This document shows, piece after piece, positions 36,901 to 46,600 of a stretch of 64,000 nucleotides of DNA. Under the pieces are notes generated by a model. The model saw nothing but the letters and a program-made list of their open reading frames with translations. It was not told where the DNA came from and made no database searches. The position numbers and the translations under genes are program-made. Source of the DNA: a virus. Position 1 is the stretch's first letter. Each line of letters opens with the position of its first letter. The stretch lies in IMG/VR virus record IMGVR_UViG_3300024336_000001, positions 24,850 to 88,849 of that record. One strand, 5' to 3'.

Positions 36901-37547
36901 CCCGGCAATGTAAATCTAATGCGCCCGGAACGTGTAAAATTTTCAGTGTCATCAACAAGCCCGGAAACGACTTCCCAGGTATCCCCGCCTTTAGAATATT
37001 CAATGCTAATATTTAACCCTAAACCAAGTGTTTCAAATTCAAGATCAAGCCCATTAAAAACAGCATCGCTTCCAATATAAAGAACATCATCTGTCTCGTC
37101 TCGCAAAACATCAAAAGGAGTTCCGAATTCACTGGCTGCCTCTGCTGTTTGATCGTTATAAGTTGTCCCGTCATAATCTAAAATAGAGTCAAAAGATGTG
37201 GCCGCTTCACTTGTAGCTTCACCCCGGTTATCAAGTTCTTTATCGTCAAAATAAAGATTATTAACAGTATTAACTTTAAAATCAGAAATCGGATATTTCC
37301 ATATAGAATATCCGGCCTCTGCCTTCAGATGTGCCCAATTAGTAAACGTAGACACATCATTGCCAAGCTTAATGTCACGTTTCCATTGCCGATCCAAACC
37401 CAGGTCCACAAAGATCTGATCCATTTCATTTTGATTGAATTTGGCCTCTTTGATCTTGCCGTCAAGCTTAAGGTCGTTATCAACCAAAGCTTTCACGGCC
37501 TGTTCTTGAGGTATCCTAGTATTAATTATTTGTATGTCTGAACTCAT
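27984..37547 (-). CDS. Giant tail fibre/adhesin (3187 aa) with ~25 G-x-VGIGT-x-x-P repeats
   Basis: Repeats GNVGIGTTSP, GRVGIGTSSP etc.; central ARNNLGL/ARGTLGLG fibre motifs. Confidence 0.85.
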   Translation of the reverse strand: MSSDIQIINTRIPQEQAVKALVDNDLKLDGKIKEAKFNQNEMDQIFVDLGLDRQWKRDIKLGNDVSTFTNWAHLKAEAGYSIWKYPISDFKVNTVNNLYFDDKELDNRGEATSEAATSFDSILDYDGTTYNDQTAEAASEFGTPFDVLRDETDDVLYIGSDAVFNGLDLEFETLGLGLNISIEYSKGGDTWEVVSGLVDDTENFTRSGRIRFTLPGDFTTDTVNIVTKYWLRIKTTVAPTISPRLYFIQPLTSVVNMLSLTSAEILNEQWAWIYYNGYLYITIKNTGIPQGEGIKHINSASSQQNKQNFFVSEHEYKIEYERASFTSEPFTTSQDYRPSVVAPPTLNLTVNNGRVIYGSNFYSHNDQTITLPALSTSYVFINGSGVLASNTTGFLTRCYPICVATTDATNITNVADKRSFLNAKDDPFFRNLIGEETQPIPQIYTNSLALPGSTGEAMARPSLSTTVIDGEVRGYRENSLAQNDGFLRLSAGGGLDTVYQSYIDVSGYSTDADMNQNIVFGTGGIKRAKLNSSGFTVDGTLGVGVTSPEQKVDVEGNLRLRGSSPFIDFKMQATGNPNLILKSETIDSNKAEFQIGSTPNSGGAFVYRLKHNYDQTRVDNKFGIKADPYYLFDIMSEPSTIAFRIRNNCGIAGNYTAINISNSSSNPSSYSGELRLITTESSPNFFNPRLAFLLQNKYTHEYADIVERMTILSSGEMGIGTSTPDSLLHIKANDPNLKIEATTNSRYMIFNPANEMLKGSHALRFYVNDVATALEAMRILSGGNVGIMDTNPNYKLDVSTDKDTIGLRVKSQSILQNEYTSINISNTTGASISEYSAELRLITMASNPSPLNPRLAFLVQNAGTYLYADLVERMTILSSGEVGIGVSNPMTMNGSAGMFAGVTPKMEVSTGTSTGAYSEAVVIGHRGASSSSGTRELGFLLKLATEGSAGESSKMGGMVAYSASAYANATNLSLMTSNQKQLTVSWDGNVGIGTTGPSEKLDIDTSAADSFVRVMAGSGANKVRLGIASGKGAVVYSDTNNIYLGGINIYFTDQSLTSTRMKLTSTGLGIGIDTPTEKLHVNGSVKIGAYVLPSVDGSDEQVLKTNGLGVVAWGDLPAGTLAGLDDTVISSPADNELLAYDFGSSKWINQTRTEAGFGSLSTLNTINNNNWSGADLEIVNGGTGASSAEAARNNLGLEIDVDIQSYDVGLASIADLVTDTDKMIYTTAYDTYAVTSLSSFARTLLDDANVSTARGTLGLGTAAIKDTGTGSGNIPVLNGSGKLENSVLPALAITETYVAANETAQLALTVQKGDVCVRTDEDQTYINSTGNNTAMSDWQSLLSPDDGVLSVSAGNGMDFSTITSSGSITMGTPSTCDTGSTNALTATSHTHQISGFLPLAGGTITSNNTIKFRDSAIHIGSLNDGYLDFTADTGFRFNTGKVGIAESNPTEKLDVSGNILCKTGRIMVKNEGYDQVHYMFIGGYSPTGATNRQVNIAQVYSGSGAKQFIFLNGTLGDATTYATQTVTSSYANVFGFEASESRFNILTQSSGVNLAPIRALTVDPTGKIGIGTTSPDEILEVFGDDKTVKLTQNPVVSGGATLRITAAGVGSDANAATIIFHSAGAIWGRTDSVLKIGSTDKASTWATFRTDGKVGIGIENPLDTFHVNYELRLSSNEDNDTQKFGAIIGSQYNSAAESEGYLGLFFDSNSVENHLFIGGGLNSYNTTKYIRFYTSDDRSVRTGTEKMRITGEGRVGIGTSIPSEALGVEGNIALSGGGTPTIKTVAGNLHLAPNAGAVSLYDGVSAIKLYLYDGATARIAFNPGGDSYVKSGNFGVGTSSINEKLTVEGAVSFDEMVTPPGVSAGYGKLYVKASDGFLYYKSSAGAETNLTTASNVWSVNGPKAYYNAGDVGIGVSDPQSLLHLSSSSSTYLFIESTDGGRDSFKLGVDGLGFILYNNDDARFDFVVDGDGNIGIGNTTPEALLHIGSAVNVGYNQGPLRIATEDGEACRILLIQNGQCAYTLGMDAGNDNFYLKNESKSEIPFMIDFSGDVGIGTGSPSTRLHIKDYFEYGEAVHDTINIDYSWSGGTTSNPSSMGGITWAGGYARINAYRLNPSTNNHTALDFWTYNHSAGLLKRMTIDEEGSVGIGTASPVVKLDVRGDIGFNYGSAIINPTAAYNKVIKTGWENNYDFLALYAPGNSASSATPKVYIRNNGNVGIGTTSPGHPLEVVGNIEADSITINGVPVGTSSDTYWSANGSEIYYNGGNVGLGTTNPDYELHVYKSTASSLRARAENINSAGLVYWGTLNDTGGGCNIGVAGTAHSTHTILTGRCFVSAQASTSGLVLATESAIPIIFSLNGLLTSNEAARITSDGKWGIGISSPSTIFHIKHADYSYLTLENTNSSTGVSGVEFYNSDSNKKMAWQLQANSDLALWRHDSTAWSRAVTIKNATGRVGIGTDQPTELLHVEVATDNQYPLYVHNGTTANGIIGIGIGNDAINWGMRINGASGDNFEIRNLTTGGVSKLAVTPTGEVGIGTSSPSTRLHIYGSYGDTSTLTIEGTHAEAYNASQINLFASATSPTSIGNRIHFSDKDGSPGMIGYYHFTGGTPVDYMVFHVNSAERIRIASDGNVGIGATNPGQKLEVAGAILSQTASPWVGVWSSGTGGRKYNMISTDSSWTIGGGFLSFYDSDAGEHRLTINSSGNTGIGLDDGDPLYKLDVKDTGDDKRIIWAHGTGNGGGFINLELGSDAERVSLGLATHTANHRIWLDDNADLRLKGSAPTSDTDGRKILSENSSGRVGIGTSSPSQLLELYKSNSTAGTVLLLHNMNTTNLDVYPCEIKFQSNMAGTVTAGIKAIPNTYSNTYDFQFYTPGDSHSTKFVIKNDGKVGIGTTAPAATNGLEISKYHATTQIVLGTEESAYKTTIENNYNSGNRFGINHSGIDVLRVGQSNELTITAGWNSTGHIIFKPGGAEAIRFTGDGQVGIGTTVIDTKCIIKDSSANLLVLSHSSTSDGAGPELRFHTTTSNYESDDDHLSAMIKGKRRDSGVSGDLSFYTRSSDAISEKMCLTQEGFLDLYQNDSRLSLYGRGNFTTKRIESASNNVWYTLKAFNGSRESGLVFANLSTNGHSAIIAYSYSGKGIYWNEAVLSSTGSSPFDLQYSGNYLDIRQTSGATDVLSVTVVSGSI

Positions 37548-37623
37548 ATTAATCCCTCTTTACATAATCTTAGGTTAGTTTATTAAAAAAAACATTTTAG
37601 TATCTGCTAAAGAAAAACTAAGA

Positions 37624-38082
37624 TTAACTAAAGGTTTTATCCTTGATTTCTATGTATCGTATCTTTTTTTCTTCTATCGCTTTTGCGATTTCCGGGTAGA
37701 CTCTTTTGTACGCTCCGGTAGAACTTGAAATAAATCCATTTTGGACCGTATTGTTGTTTGCTGAATCACCAAGAAGCAAGCACCCATCCGTGTTTCCTTT
37801 GTGGTTTCCTATGTGAATTAATATGTATTTAAAATTGGGAACTTTTTTTATGTGCAACATCCCTTTATGAAAATCAGGAAACTTTTTTTTGTATCTATTA
37901 TGAAGTTTTCCTGCTTTTCTAAGCCCTAACTGGTATTTGCCTTCCGGGATCCTGGTTTTCCCGGCCACCTTTTCCTTTCTAAAAGTATCTTCTAGTGTGT
38001 AACACATAAATTCCTCATTAAGAAAAAGCAACCCTAGTGTGCTTTCCCCATTATCTGAATACCTAATTAATTTTAATGACAT
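37624..38082 (-). CDS. DUF5675-like protein, candidate endolysin
   Basis: STLG.L...CYTLED...IPEGKY...ILIHIGN...TDGCLLLG. Confidence 0.75.
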   Translation of the reverse strand: MSLKLIRYSDNGESTLGLLFLNEEFMCYTLEDTFRKEKVAGKTRIPEGKYQLGLRKAGKLHNRYKKKFPDFHKGMLHIKKVPNFKYILIHIGNHKGNTDGCLLLGDSANNNTVQNGFISSSTGAYKRVYPEIAKAIEEKKIRYIEIKDKTFS

Positions 38083-38094
38083 TTGTTTTCCTCC

Positions 38095-41000
38095 TTATAT
38101 ATCGTTTAATCCTGTTGTTCCGGCACTTATCGTTCCTAAAGAATCCGAGCCATAACAGGAATTACATAAAACAGTCCCGTTAGTAACATTAACGCCTATT
38201 GCGTACCCTGTTCCTGATCCGGGATTTGTGACCTTTATTCGATTGCTGTTTACACAAAGTCCTTTTGAGCTTGTAACCCAGTTTTCGTTATAAATCCCAT
38301 AAGAATTTGAAGAGCTACTTACATTAATCTGAATTGTGTTGCCGACTATTGCGTTATTTCCGTAGTTATCAATCCCCCAGTTAGAGGTTGATCCCCTTAG
38401 CTCTCTAATGACATTGCCTGTAATTGTCGCTTCATCAGTTCTCGCATCAATCCCGATTACCGACCCCGACCTTGCTAAATCCGTAATAAGATTCCCCTGA
38501 ACCACTGCTCCATCATCCAAAATACTAATCCCCACGCCACCAGTATTGTTATGGATGTTATTGTTTGAAATTACTGCGCCTTCTTCATAGTAGTCATAGC
38601 TGTTTGTGACCATATTGCAATGGATTCCAGTACCAACAGTACAATCAGTAATTACGTTACTGGAAATAATGACTGAATTTGTATATGAGTCTCCGCCACC
38701 ATCGATGTATATACCAATACTCAAAGAGCAACCTTTTATAATATTTCCAGTAATAGACCCTCCTCTCGAATCTTCAATATAGATTCCGTAATCACCGCTT
38801 CCATCCCAAATATGATTGTTAGAAATAACATAATTACCCTGAGCATTTTTCAAATGAATAGCGGAAGAATTTGAAGATCGTAGTTTGTTATTAACAATCG
38901 TTGTTCTATATGATGATGTATTGCAGTAGACCCCATAATCACAGTTTTCAAAATTATTGCCGTCAATAACAGCATGCACGTCATAACCTTCGGTTTGAAC
39001 CCCTACATCTAGGTTCTCAAAACGACAATCTTTTATGCTTGAAAACTGATAAACCCCTGTCCCTGCCCCACCTGTTCTCGCAAAGAAAACACAGTCCCGT
39101 ACAATCCCGTTGTCCTGGATAAACCCACCGTCTCCCTGAAGCCCAACAGATCCCGATTTGACAGTAAAAGAGCAATCTATAACTTTCAAAATATCGTAGT
39201 TATAACACCTTACATTTACGCTCGTGGCATCTTTAAATACACAGTTTTTAATTTCTATATGCTTTGCATTACTGCCAACATACACACAATAACTCGCATC
39301 ATAGCTTGAGTCGTAAATATCAACTGCAAGATCCTGAATTTTTACATTGTCTCTATATGTAGCAACATTAATAACAGAGCTTAAGGTTGTGCTTGCTCGC
39401 AACTCTGTTTGATAAGGCCCAGCACCTTTGATCGTAATATTGTTATAACCTACGCTTACGGTTGTGTTTATGTAGTGGATCCCGCTTGTAAGATAAACTA
39501 TCCCTCCGGCAGAGCCTAAATACGAAATTGCATTATTTATAGCTGTCCCTGAAGAACTACTGGCATCTACTTTTACAATCCGTTGTCCAATGTCTGCCTC
39601 TCTTGCAAAAACTCGGCCATCAGCAGCCGTTAATGAAAACTTTTGTGTGCTATCTCCGTATCCTTTTAATCCGGTATTATCTAGCACCAGCCCGTTTACT
39701 GTGGCCGATGACGAAGTTCTTATTTTAGCTCCGCTCCCAGCAGTCAAAGCACTAGATGTTATCGTCCACCCTGCAATGTTTCCTGAAGCTGTAGCCGTAA
39801 GCGTATTACAAGAAATATCTCCGGTTATTACCGCATTGCTCGCATAAAGCTGGCCGTTAAAATTTACCCTGAAGGGAGCTGATGAAGGCGTTGCATTCCC
39901 TGTATAAAAAGCATATGTGCCGGATGCGCTTACCCCAACAGAAGTAGCCCCGGATCCTGCGGTTAGCGAACTATTATTTACAGTAAAGCCTCCAAGCGTA
40001 ACCGTTCCCGATGCGCTCCAGGAAAATGTGCTTGATGAACCTAAAAAACCGGCCCCGTCTGTCCCTAACTTAAAACGTTCATTACTTGAAGCGTCATATC
40101 CTCGAAACGAGCTGCCATCAAGCTTTATCCCAGCGTTTGCCGCTCCGTCTGTTTGGATCACACCATTGCCTACATTGGTCAAAGCACTAGACGTAATGCT
40201 CCAGCCATTAGCCACCGAGCCAATATAGCCAGAGGTCGCTTTTACTTGTCCTGTTATATCTGCGTTTTCTGCTATCAAATTCCCATTTTTATTAACCCTG
40301 AATGGTGCGGATCCTGACGTGGCGTGACCGACCCATAATCTATACGTGCCATCCACCGAACTCATTTTTGCTACATCATTACTAACCCCAACCGTCACAA
40401 CTCCGGTACTGGAAAGCTCTGTGTTTCCTCCGGTTAGTGTTGTCGCTCCTAATGTCCAGCCACCGATTGTTCCACTGGTAGCTTTAATAACACCTGCCAT
40501 AGTGACGCTGAAAGGAGCAAGGGCCTGTAAAGAGTTACCTAAAAATAACCCATCCGTATTATTAATTTTTATAATTGAATTGCCAGTACCCAGTGAAACT
40601 GAAGATGTCGTCCCGGAAATAGTAAGCCCGGAAGAATTTAAAACAGCATCCCCGGCTTTTAAGCCATAATTTGAACCATCATATTTGCCAAGAATAATTT
40701 GTGAACTTGAGCCATTTGTAATAGTGATCGTTCCTGCGGCCCCAGATAAAATACTTATTATCGGGGTTCCGCCTGAATCTGAAACTATTCCGCTCGAATT
40801 TATAATCCAACCGCCGACCTCACCTTTCTTTGCTATTATTTTGCCAGTTGCTCCATCCAGGTAGACATCATTGATACTACCAACAATTATTTTCCCCCCT
40901 GCATTTCCGTCAATATCTATAAAGGATCCAACATCTATTTTGTTATTAGCTCCGTCAATGATGATTGTATCCACTGTGATTTTTTCAGTTGAGCTATCAA

Positions 41001-43662
41001 GAATAATTTTATCGTTGCTGGATTTTATCTGGTTCCCAGATATTTCCCAGTTTGCAACAGCCCCGGAAGTAGCTGTGATTTTTCCGGTAAGAAAAACATT
41101 CTCAGACCACAAACCAAATCCAGTTGCGCCACTAATTCCGTTAATGTTTCCGATTCTAGCCCGGACCGATTCTGTGAAATCGCCAGTTCTTTCAATAATA
41201 TCTATATAAGGTAAGTTGGCGTATCCGCTTGCGACCAAAGACACCCTGGACTCTATTGAAACAACTGCCGTACCTTTATTCCAAGAAAAAGCTCCCCCAC
41301 TATCAAAGTTTCGGGTAACATTAATAAAATCTCCAATACCATCAGATCCCGTACCGGTCACTTTTAGCATCTCGTCTCTTGTGGCTCCGTCTTTCATTCT
41401 TAATCGGTCGCCAATAAAAAAGACGCTCTCTGTTACATATAATTTTGTTTGTGTGTTATCAATATCATCCAGCAAACTAGCCGCATCCGTAATCAAAAGC
41501 TGTCCGTTCGTTGCGTGGATCTGATCTTTTACAAATATTGATGTATGCAAACGACCTCTAACAACACAGTTTCTAAACTCTGAATCTCCGTTGCCATCAA
41601 TACGCCAACCACTTACCCCTGATGCGTAGTTAGTGCTTTCAATTCTTTCGTTAGCTCCATCAATAAGCACTGTGCCGCCAACGTTTATGCGCTTATTAGC
41701 CGAATCAAAAATCAGATTACTTCCTGGAGAAATTAGGGCATATGAAGAAATCACCCATCCGGCGATCTCGCCATAAGTTGATTTCAGCTCACCTTGCATC
41801 GTTACCGAAAACGGCGCAGAGGCTTTGACTGCATTTCCTAAATAAATACCATCTGAATTGTTGATCTTGATAACATTATTACTTGTTCCCAATGAAATCC
41901 TGGAATAAGTCCCATTAATCGTTAATCCGTTGCTGGTCAGTGTTGCATCTCCGGCAACAAAGGATCCTGTATCCGCTAAGGTTATTTTTTGTAATGACCC
42001 ATCTATTGTTATTCCTGTCCCAACAGTTATCGAACCCGATCCTGTTCCAATAATATCTATGGCCGTGCCAACATCTATCCTGGAAGCGGAGCCTGTAATT
42101 AAAATGTCTCCAGCCTTGATTGTCCCGCCGGAACTTGAATCAATATCAATGTTAGTAGAAAAGATTTTTGATGCGCTTAAAGACCATCCGGCAATTTGAC
42201 CTATCGTTGCTTGAATGGATCCGGCACTACCATTTAAAGTAACCCCAGCCCCAACAGTTATTGTGCCTCCACCCGCACCGGAAATGTTTATATCCGTGCC
42301 AACTAAAATAGATCCTGTGCCCGCCCCCAATAAATCAATCCCAGTGCCAACATCTATTGTTGAGTTCGAGCCTGTAATAGTTACTCCACCTGCGGTTATC
42401 ACGCCTCCGGCAGCAGAAGACAAAGAAACGCTTCCTGAAGAAAGCTCTGTTGCCCCAATGCTCCAGCCACCAATCAAACCTGAAACACTATTTAATTTTC
42501 CGTCCCGCTCAACATTAAATGGGGCAAGCAAAGGGTTTTCATGTCCTATCCAAAGCCGATGCGTTGCGTGTCCGGCATCCAAGGTCGCAATATTATTGCT
42601 AGTTCCAAGTTCAAGCCTGCCGGTAGATTTCAAAGATGCGTCCCCACCAGACAGTTCCGTTGCCCCTATTGTCCAACCTCCAATTTCCCCTACCTGTGAG
42701 TAAATTGTCCCTCTGACAGTTACATTATTAAATTCTGCGTTTCCATCTGCTTTTATCTGAAAACCGGAACTACCAGATTGATAGCCAACTGATTCTAAAG
42801 TTGATGGCGTAACTCTTATTTTCCCTACACGGGCATCGTTTCTTCCGAAATGAGAAAATTCCTCGCCTAGTGAGCTATAGAAAAAAACTCCGTTTGCGTT
42901 AAACTTGGCCAAAACATTTTGAGAAGGATCTTTGATTTTTACTTCCCTAGAATCCATTGCAAGGCTACCTTGGATATTTTCTATTGTTAAATTTTCGTGA
43001 AGCTTGATTACCCCAAAAATGTTCTCAGCAAAAAGCTCCTGCATCGTATTTTTCAGAGAAATAATTGTGTCATCGTCAAACTGATGGTTATTATCAAAAA
43101 GAGGGTCTGAAGACTGCACAATATAAGCGTTTATTCCGTTCCCATCTAAGTCTGCGTGATTTTGTATTTTGTTTGAATATGGCGACTGCTTATCAATTCT
43201 TGCTAAAACTAAAGCGTTTTGTGGTGGGGTTAAAGATATCTCAAGCAATCCAATAGTCGTTATGTATACATACATTGAGGTTGAGATATTTAAGTCCACA
43301 TCAAGCACTGTATCTGTCGCTAACTCAATTTTTTTGCCGGAAATATAGCCAAAACCTTTTTGGATCCTTATTTTATCGCTTATAGGGTTTGTCGAAATAA
43401 CAGCTAACCCCTGGACTACAATCCCACCAATTCCGTTTTGAATAAAATCTTGTAGCCGAAAAAGATAGTTGCTAATCTCATTAACTTTTTCCATCAAAAA
43501 CGCTGGCGTAGAGCTTGAAATACCGGCCAGGTTTGCCATATCCGAAGTTCCAGGGCTTAATAATCTATCTGCCAAAGCATTTGCTATAGATGAATCTGAA
43601 GTAACCTTTTTAATTAGATCCTCTAAAACATTATGTAGCGTTTGTGTTGTTATGGTTTTCAT
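38095..43662 (-). CDS. Large tail fibre/spike with IGGW repeats and C-terminal right-handed beta-helix (depolymerase-like)
   Basis: IGGWTI/IAGW/APF(S/R)V repeats; AINNAI...GGIVYLTSG.H then ISNNHI/ITGNII repeats. Confidence 0.82.
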   Translation of the reverse strand: MKTITTQTLHNVLEDLIKKVTSDSSIANALADRLLSPGTSDMANLAGISSSTPAFLMEKVNEISNYLFRLQDFIQNGIGGIVVQGLAVISTNPISDKIRIQKGFGYISGKKIELATDTVLDVDLNISTSMYVYITTIGLLEISLTPPQNALVLARIDKQSPYSNKIQNHADLDGNGINAYIVQSSDPLFDNNHQFDDDTIISLKNTMQELFAENIFGVIKLHENLTIENIQGSLAMDSREVKIKDPSQNVLAKFNANGVFFYSSLGEEFSHFGRNDARVGKIRVTPSTLESVGYQSGSSGFQIKADGNAEFNNVTVRGTIYSQVGEIGGWTIGATELSGGDASLKSTGRLELGTSNNIATLDAGHATHRLWIGHENPLLAPFNVERDGKLNSVSGLIGGWSIGATELSSGSVSLSSAAGGVITAGGVTITGSNSTIDVGTGIDLLGAGTGSILVGTDINISGAGGGTITVGAGVTLNGSAGSIQATIGQIAGWSLSASKIFSTNIDIDSSSGGTIKAGDILITGSASRIDVGTAIDIIGTGSGSITVGTGITIDGSLQKITLADTGSFVAGDATLTSNGLTINGTYSRISLGTSNNVIKINNSDGIYLGNAVKASAPFSVTMQGELKSTYGEIAGWVISSYALISPGSNLIFDSANKRINVGGTVLIDGANERIESTNYASGVSGWRIDGNGDSEFRNCVVRGRLHTSIFVKDQIHATNGQLLITDAASLLDDIDNTQTKLYVTESVFFIGDRLRMKDGATRDEMLKVTGTGSDGIGDFINVTRNFDSGGAFSWNKGTAVVSIESRVSLVASGYANLPYIDIIERTGDFTESVRARIGNINGISGATGFGLWSENVFLTGKITATSGAVANWEISGNQIKSSNDKIILDSSTEKITVDTIIIDGANNKIDVGSFIDIDGNAGGKIIVGSINDVYLDGATGKIIAKKGEVGGWIINSSGIVSDSGGTPIISILSGAAGTITITNGSSSQIILGKYDGSNYGLKAGDAVLNSSGLTISGTTSSVSLGTGNSIIKINNTDGLFLGNSLQALAPFSVTMAGVIKATSGTIGGWTLGATTLTGGNTELSSTGVVTVGVSNDVAKMSSVDGTYRLWVGHATSGSAPFRVNKNGNLIAENADITGQVKATSGYIGSVANGWSITSSALTNVGNGVIQTDGAANAGIKLDGSSFRGYDASSNERFKLGTDGAGFLGSSSTFSWSASGTVTLGGFTVNNSSLTAGSGATSVGVSASGTYAFYTGNATPSSAPFRVNFNGQLYASNAVITGDISCNTLTATASGNIAGWTITSSALTAGSGAKIRTSSSATVNGLVLDNTGLKGYGDSTQKFSLTAADGRVFAREADIGQRIVKVDASSSSGTAINNAISYLGSAGGIVYLTSGIHYINTTVSVGYNNITIKGAGPYQTELRASTTLSSVINVATYRDNVKIQDLAVDIYDSSYDASYCVYVGSNAKHIEIKNCVFKDATSVNVRCYNYDILKVIDCSFTVKSGSVGLQGDGGFIQDNGIVRDCVFFARTGGAGTGVYQFSSIKDCRFENLDVGVQTEGYDVHAVIDGNNFENCDYGVYCNTSSYRTTIVNNKLRSSNSSAIHLKNAQGNYVISNNHIWDGSGDYGIYIEDSRGGSITGNIIKGCSLSIGIYIDGGGDSYTNSVIISSNVITDCTVGTGIHCNMVTNSYDYYEEGAVISNNNIHNNTGGVGISILDDGAVVQGNLITDLARSGSVIGIDARTDEATITGNVIRELRGSTSNWGIDNYGNNAIVGNTIQINVSSSSNSYGIYNENWVTSSKGLCVNSNRIKVTNPGSGTGYAIGVNVTNGTVLCNSCYGSDSLGTISAGTTGLNDI

Positions 43663-46600
43663 GGGTAATACGCAAGCTCCATTGAATAGTTGCCATTATT
43701 GGAAACTACCGACTCTATAAAATAATTTCTGTCTATCTCAAACGAAGGCGAATATTGGTCAGTTAATCTAGCTGTTTGACCAACAAAGGCGTATGGGGCA
43801 AACACGTTTTCTATCCGAACCTTGTTATGGTTTTTATAATATTCGGCCAAAAGATCCCTAGCTTTCTTGTTTAGCTTTTCTTGAGTGGTTAGTATCTGCG
43901 ATATTCCACGTTGCTTATAAACTTTATCGCCAATTTCTTTGAGCAATGCGTTTGGATCCCTGACATATAGCCCTTCTTCTTCCCAGACATTTTCTTTAGC
44001 AATATAAGCTCCTTGATAATGTCCTTCAGAAAGCCCGAAAACTCCGGTAAATGTTGTGGCTGTTTTGCCCGTATAAGTAAATTTTTCCGTTCCCAAATAT
44101 GCGGTCCCGGACGAAGAAAAAAGCGAGGTGTCTTTTACTTGCAATGTTGATGGCGGAGAAGAAAACCCTGTCTCCAAAGTAGTAGTGGCCGACAATTTTG
44201 CATCGGCTTCAAATTCAACATCCTCAAATACATTAAAAGAAGCCAGAGATACCGGATAAGCAATTACCCGTCTTGCATATTCCACTGGCTCTACGTGATC
44301 TACAACTGCCCGGATCATACGACATTCAAACGAATCCCCAAGCTGATCTTTTGTTATGCTGATAGCATCCCCGGACTTTAAAGAAATATTCGTTGTTTCT
44401 TGAGAAATATTTGAAAAACGATCTATCAAAATAAGTGCGTATCGGTTTCTTCTGTGTGATGCTCCGGTTTCAGGGTCAGTTGTCCATTCATATCCAATGT
44501 CGTGCGTTTCAGACAAACCAGAAACCCCAGTAAAAGAATTGCTTGTTTTTCCTGTATAAGTAAAGGAGTCATCGCCAACAAAAGCCGTCCCGGATGAGGG
44601 GAAATTTGCTGTCTGCCCCCACTTTACTTTAAGGCTGGTAGAAGATGGCCCCGCATCGCTTATTAAAGTCGCAAATGCTGTTGAGTTTGAGCTTTGTAGC
44701 GTTAAAGCAAACTCGCAGTCCAGCGCAAACCCTGAGTCATAAGCTCTATGCGGATAAAATTTCCCTGCAATAATATCTATAGCCTGAACTTTAAGGTTCC
44801 TCTGAAAATCAATAATAAAAGCAGGCTGTCCAGCGATTGACGTTCTATTGAAAAATAAAAGCTGTGCCTCTGTTGCAGAATCGCCATCCTTTAAATTTTG
44901 AGGTTCATCTACTCTTGCTAAAGTTGACCTATATCTAAATGACGCTGTGATCTGACTATATATACCTAAAACCAATGAGCCGCCGCCACGATAATAATTA
45001 GTTTGAAAAGTATCTACTCCATCTGGAATATCGCCTATATTATGAAAAATTTGATAACTAAAAAGATCCCTATGAATCCAAAAATAGCACCCTTTCAAAT
45101 ACCAAGCGGGCTTCCCATTAATCTGCTGAGGCATTATTACCGAATAAGAAACATACGCTATCTTTCTTACAAACGACTTGATAAAAGTCCAATCGTAAAA
45201 ATATGCGTGATCTTCAGCCTGAAATACTCTACATATTTTTCTCCCCTCTGGATGGTATGGCGTAATTTGAAGCAAATCAAAAGAATGGATATCCATATTT
45301 GCTGTGTTTGCTTTAGTGATTACCAAGTCCGATAAAGAATTCATAACATTGCCGTCTACATCATAAAAAACAATACTCGTTTCACTGTTTGTTGGTGGAA
45401 TAATATTTTTATGCGGAATTCGAACGTGGTAATTTACTGTTTTTTCTTTAGGGTCCATCTTTACAATAAAATCCCATCCCCACTCTGTCTTTGTTATAGA
45501 CTCTAAAGAAACCGGCATCCTGGATTTTCTTACAATTTGATTCCCCAAAACCGCTCCATCTATTTTTAAAGTTGGAGTAACTGTTCTTTCATCCTCAACC
45601 CAGCTTGAGTAAATCATCATGGAATCTGTTGTCCATCTCCAAGCTTCGCTTTCCATCCGATAAATTGAGAAAGGATAATAGTCTGTCCGAAAATTCCCTC
45701 TTTCCGGTATCCTCAAAGGCTGGTCTGTTGCATAAGAATTAAAGGTTAACCCGTATTCATTAATATTTAATATATTAGTCGTTTCCTCCAGCATTACGTT
45801 TCTTGGATTATTATTTTTCCCTCGAAGAAAAACACGGCTATAAACTTCTTGATCTGTTACATATTGAATCTGCTTGTTGAGTTTGAGCTGATAATCTTCT
45901 TTACCGTCCGGCTTTTGGGCTAAAAATTTACCCCAAACCCTTGATGTCCCTTGAGTAAACAAAACATAGTTCGGCGGCAAGAGAGTAAGAAGGTCCCTTT
46001 TTATAGCTTCAAATCTATTTGCGTGTTTTGCTTTAGATAAGCGCAAATATGGAATCTCAATCCCTGTAGACTGAAGTGTTATGAAATTGTAATCTTTGTT
46101 TAGGGTAACGGATGTAGTTGACACAATTTGTGTGTCTACTAAGAGAACCCCCTGTCTTTCATCAAAGGTTTCAAAGCTGGCTCCGGGTATCGTGAAGTCC
46201 CCAGAGCTAATAGTATCGGTAACATTGTTATAGGTAGTCTTCCACGCTCTTGTTGTTATCCCATCCCCAATATCATAAAAAGCCTCTACCTTAGATCCTC
46301 TTAATAGTGCCGCCGAATGGCTGCCTGAAACATTCAAAAGCTTTGTCATTTCTATGCCGCCAATAGTAACGTCCGACTTGCCGTTATATTGAAAATCAAC
46401 GCTATCAATTTTAAATTTATATGTTGAGATGAATTTCCAGCTATCCGCACGAGGAATATATACCTCTGTATCAGAGGTTCCTTTTTTTACTAAAAGTTGA
46501 GAATTTAGATTTAAGGGCGTAGTAATCGGAATCAAACTATCCGTGCTTGTATCCTCTTCAGCACTTAAAGATGAGCTTAATTCGGCCAAAGTAAAAACGT

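Noticed and set aside
27984-37547. Invertible shufflon in the tail fibre
   Set aside because: All modules are in one frame and orientation; no inverted cassettes or adjacent invertase
27984-43662. Diversity-generating retroelement targeting the fibres
   Set aside because: No reverse transcriptase and no TR/VR pair with adenine-specific mismatches seen in this window
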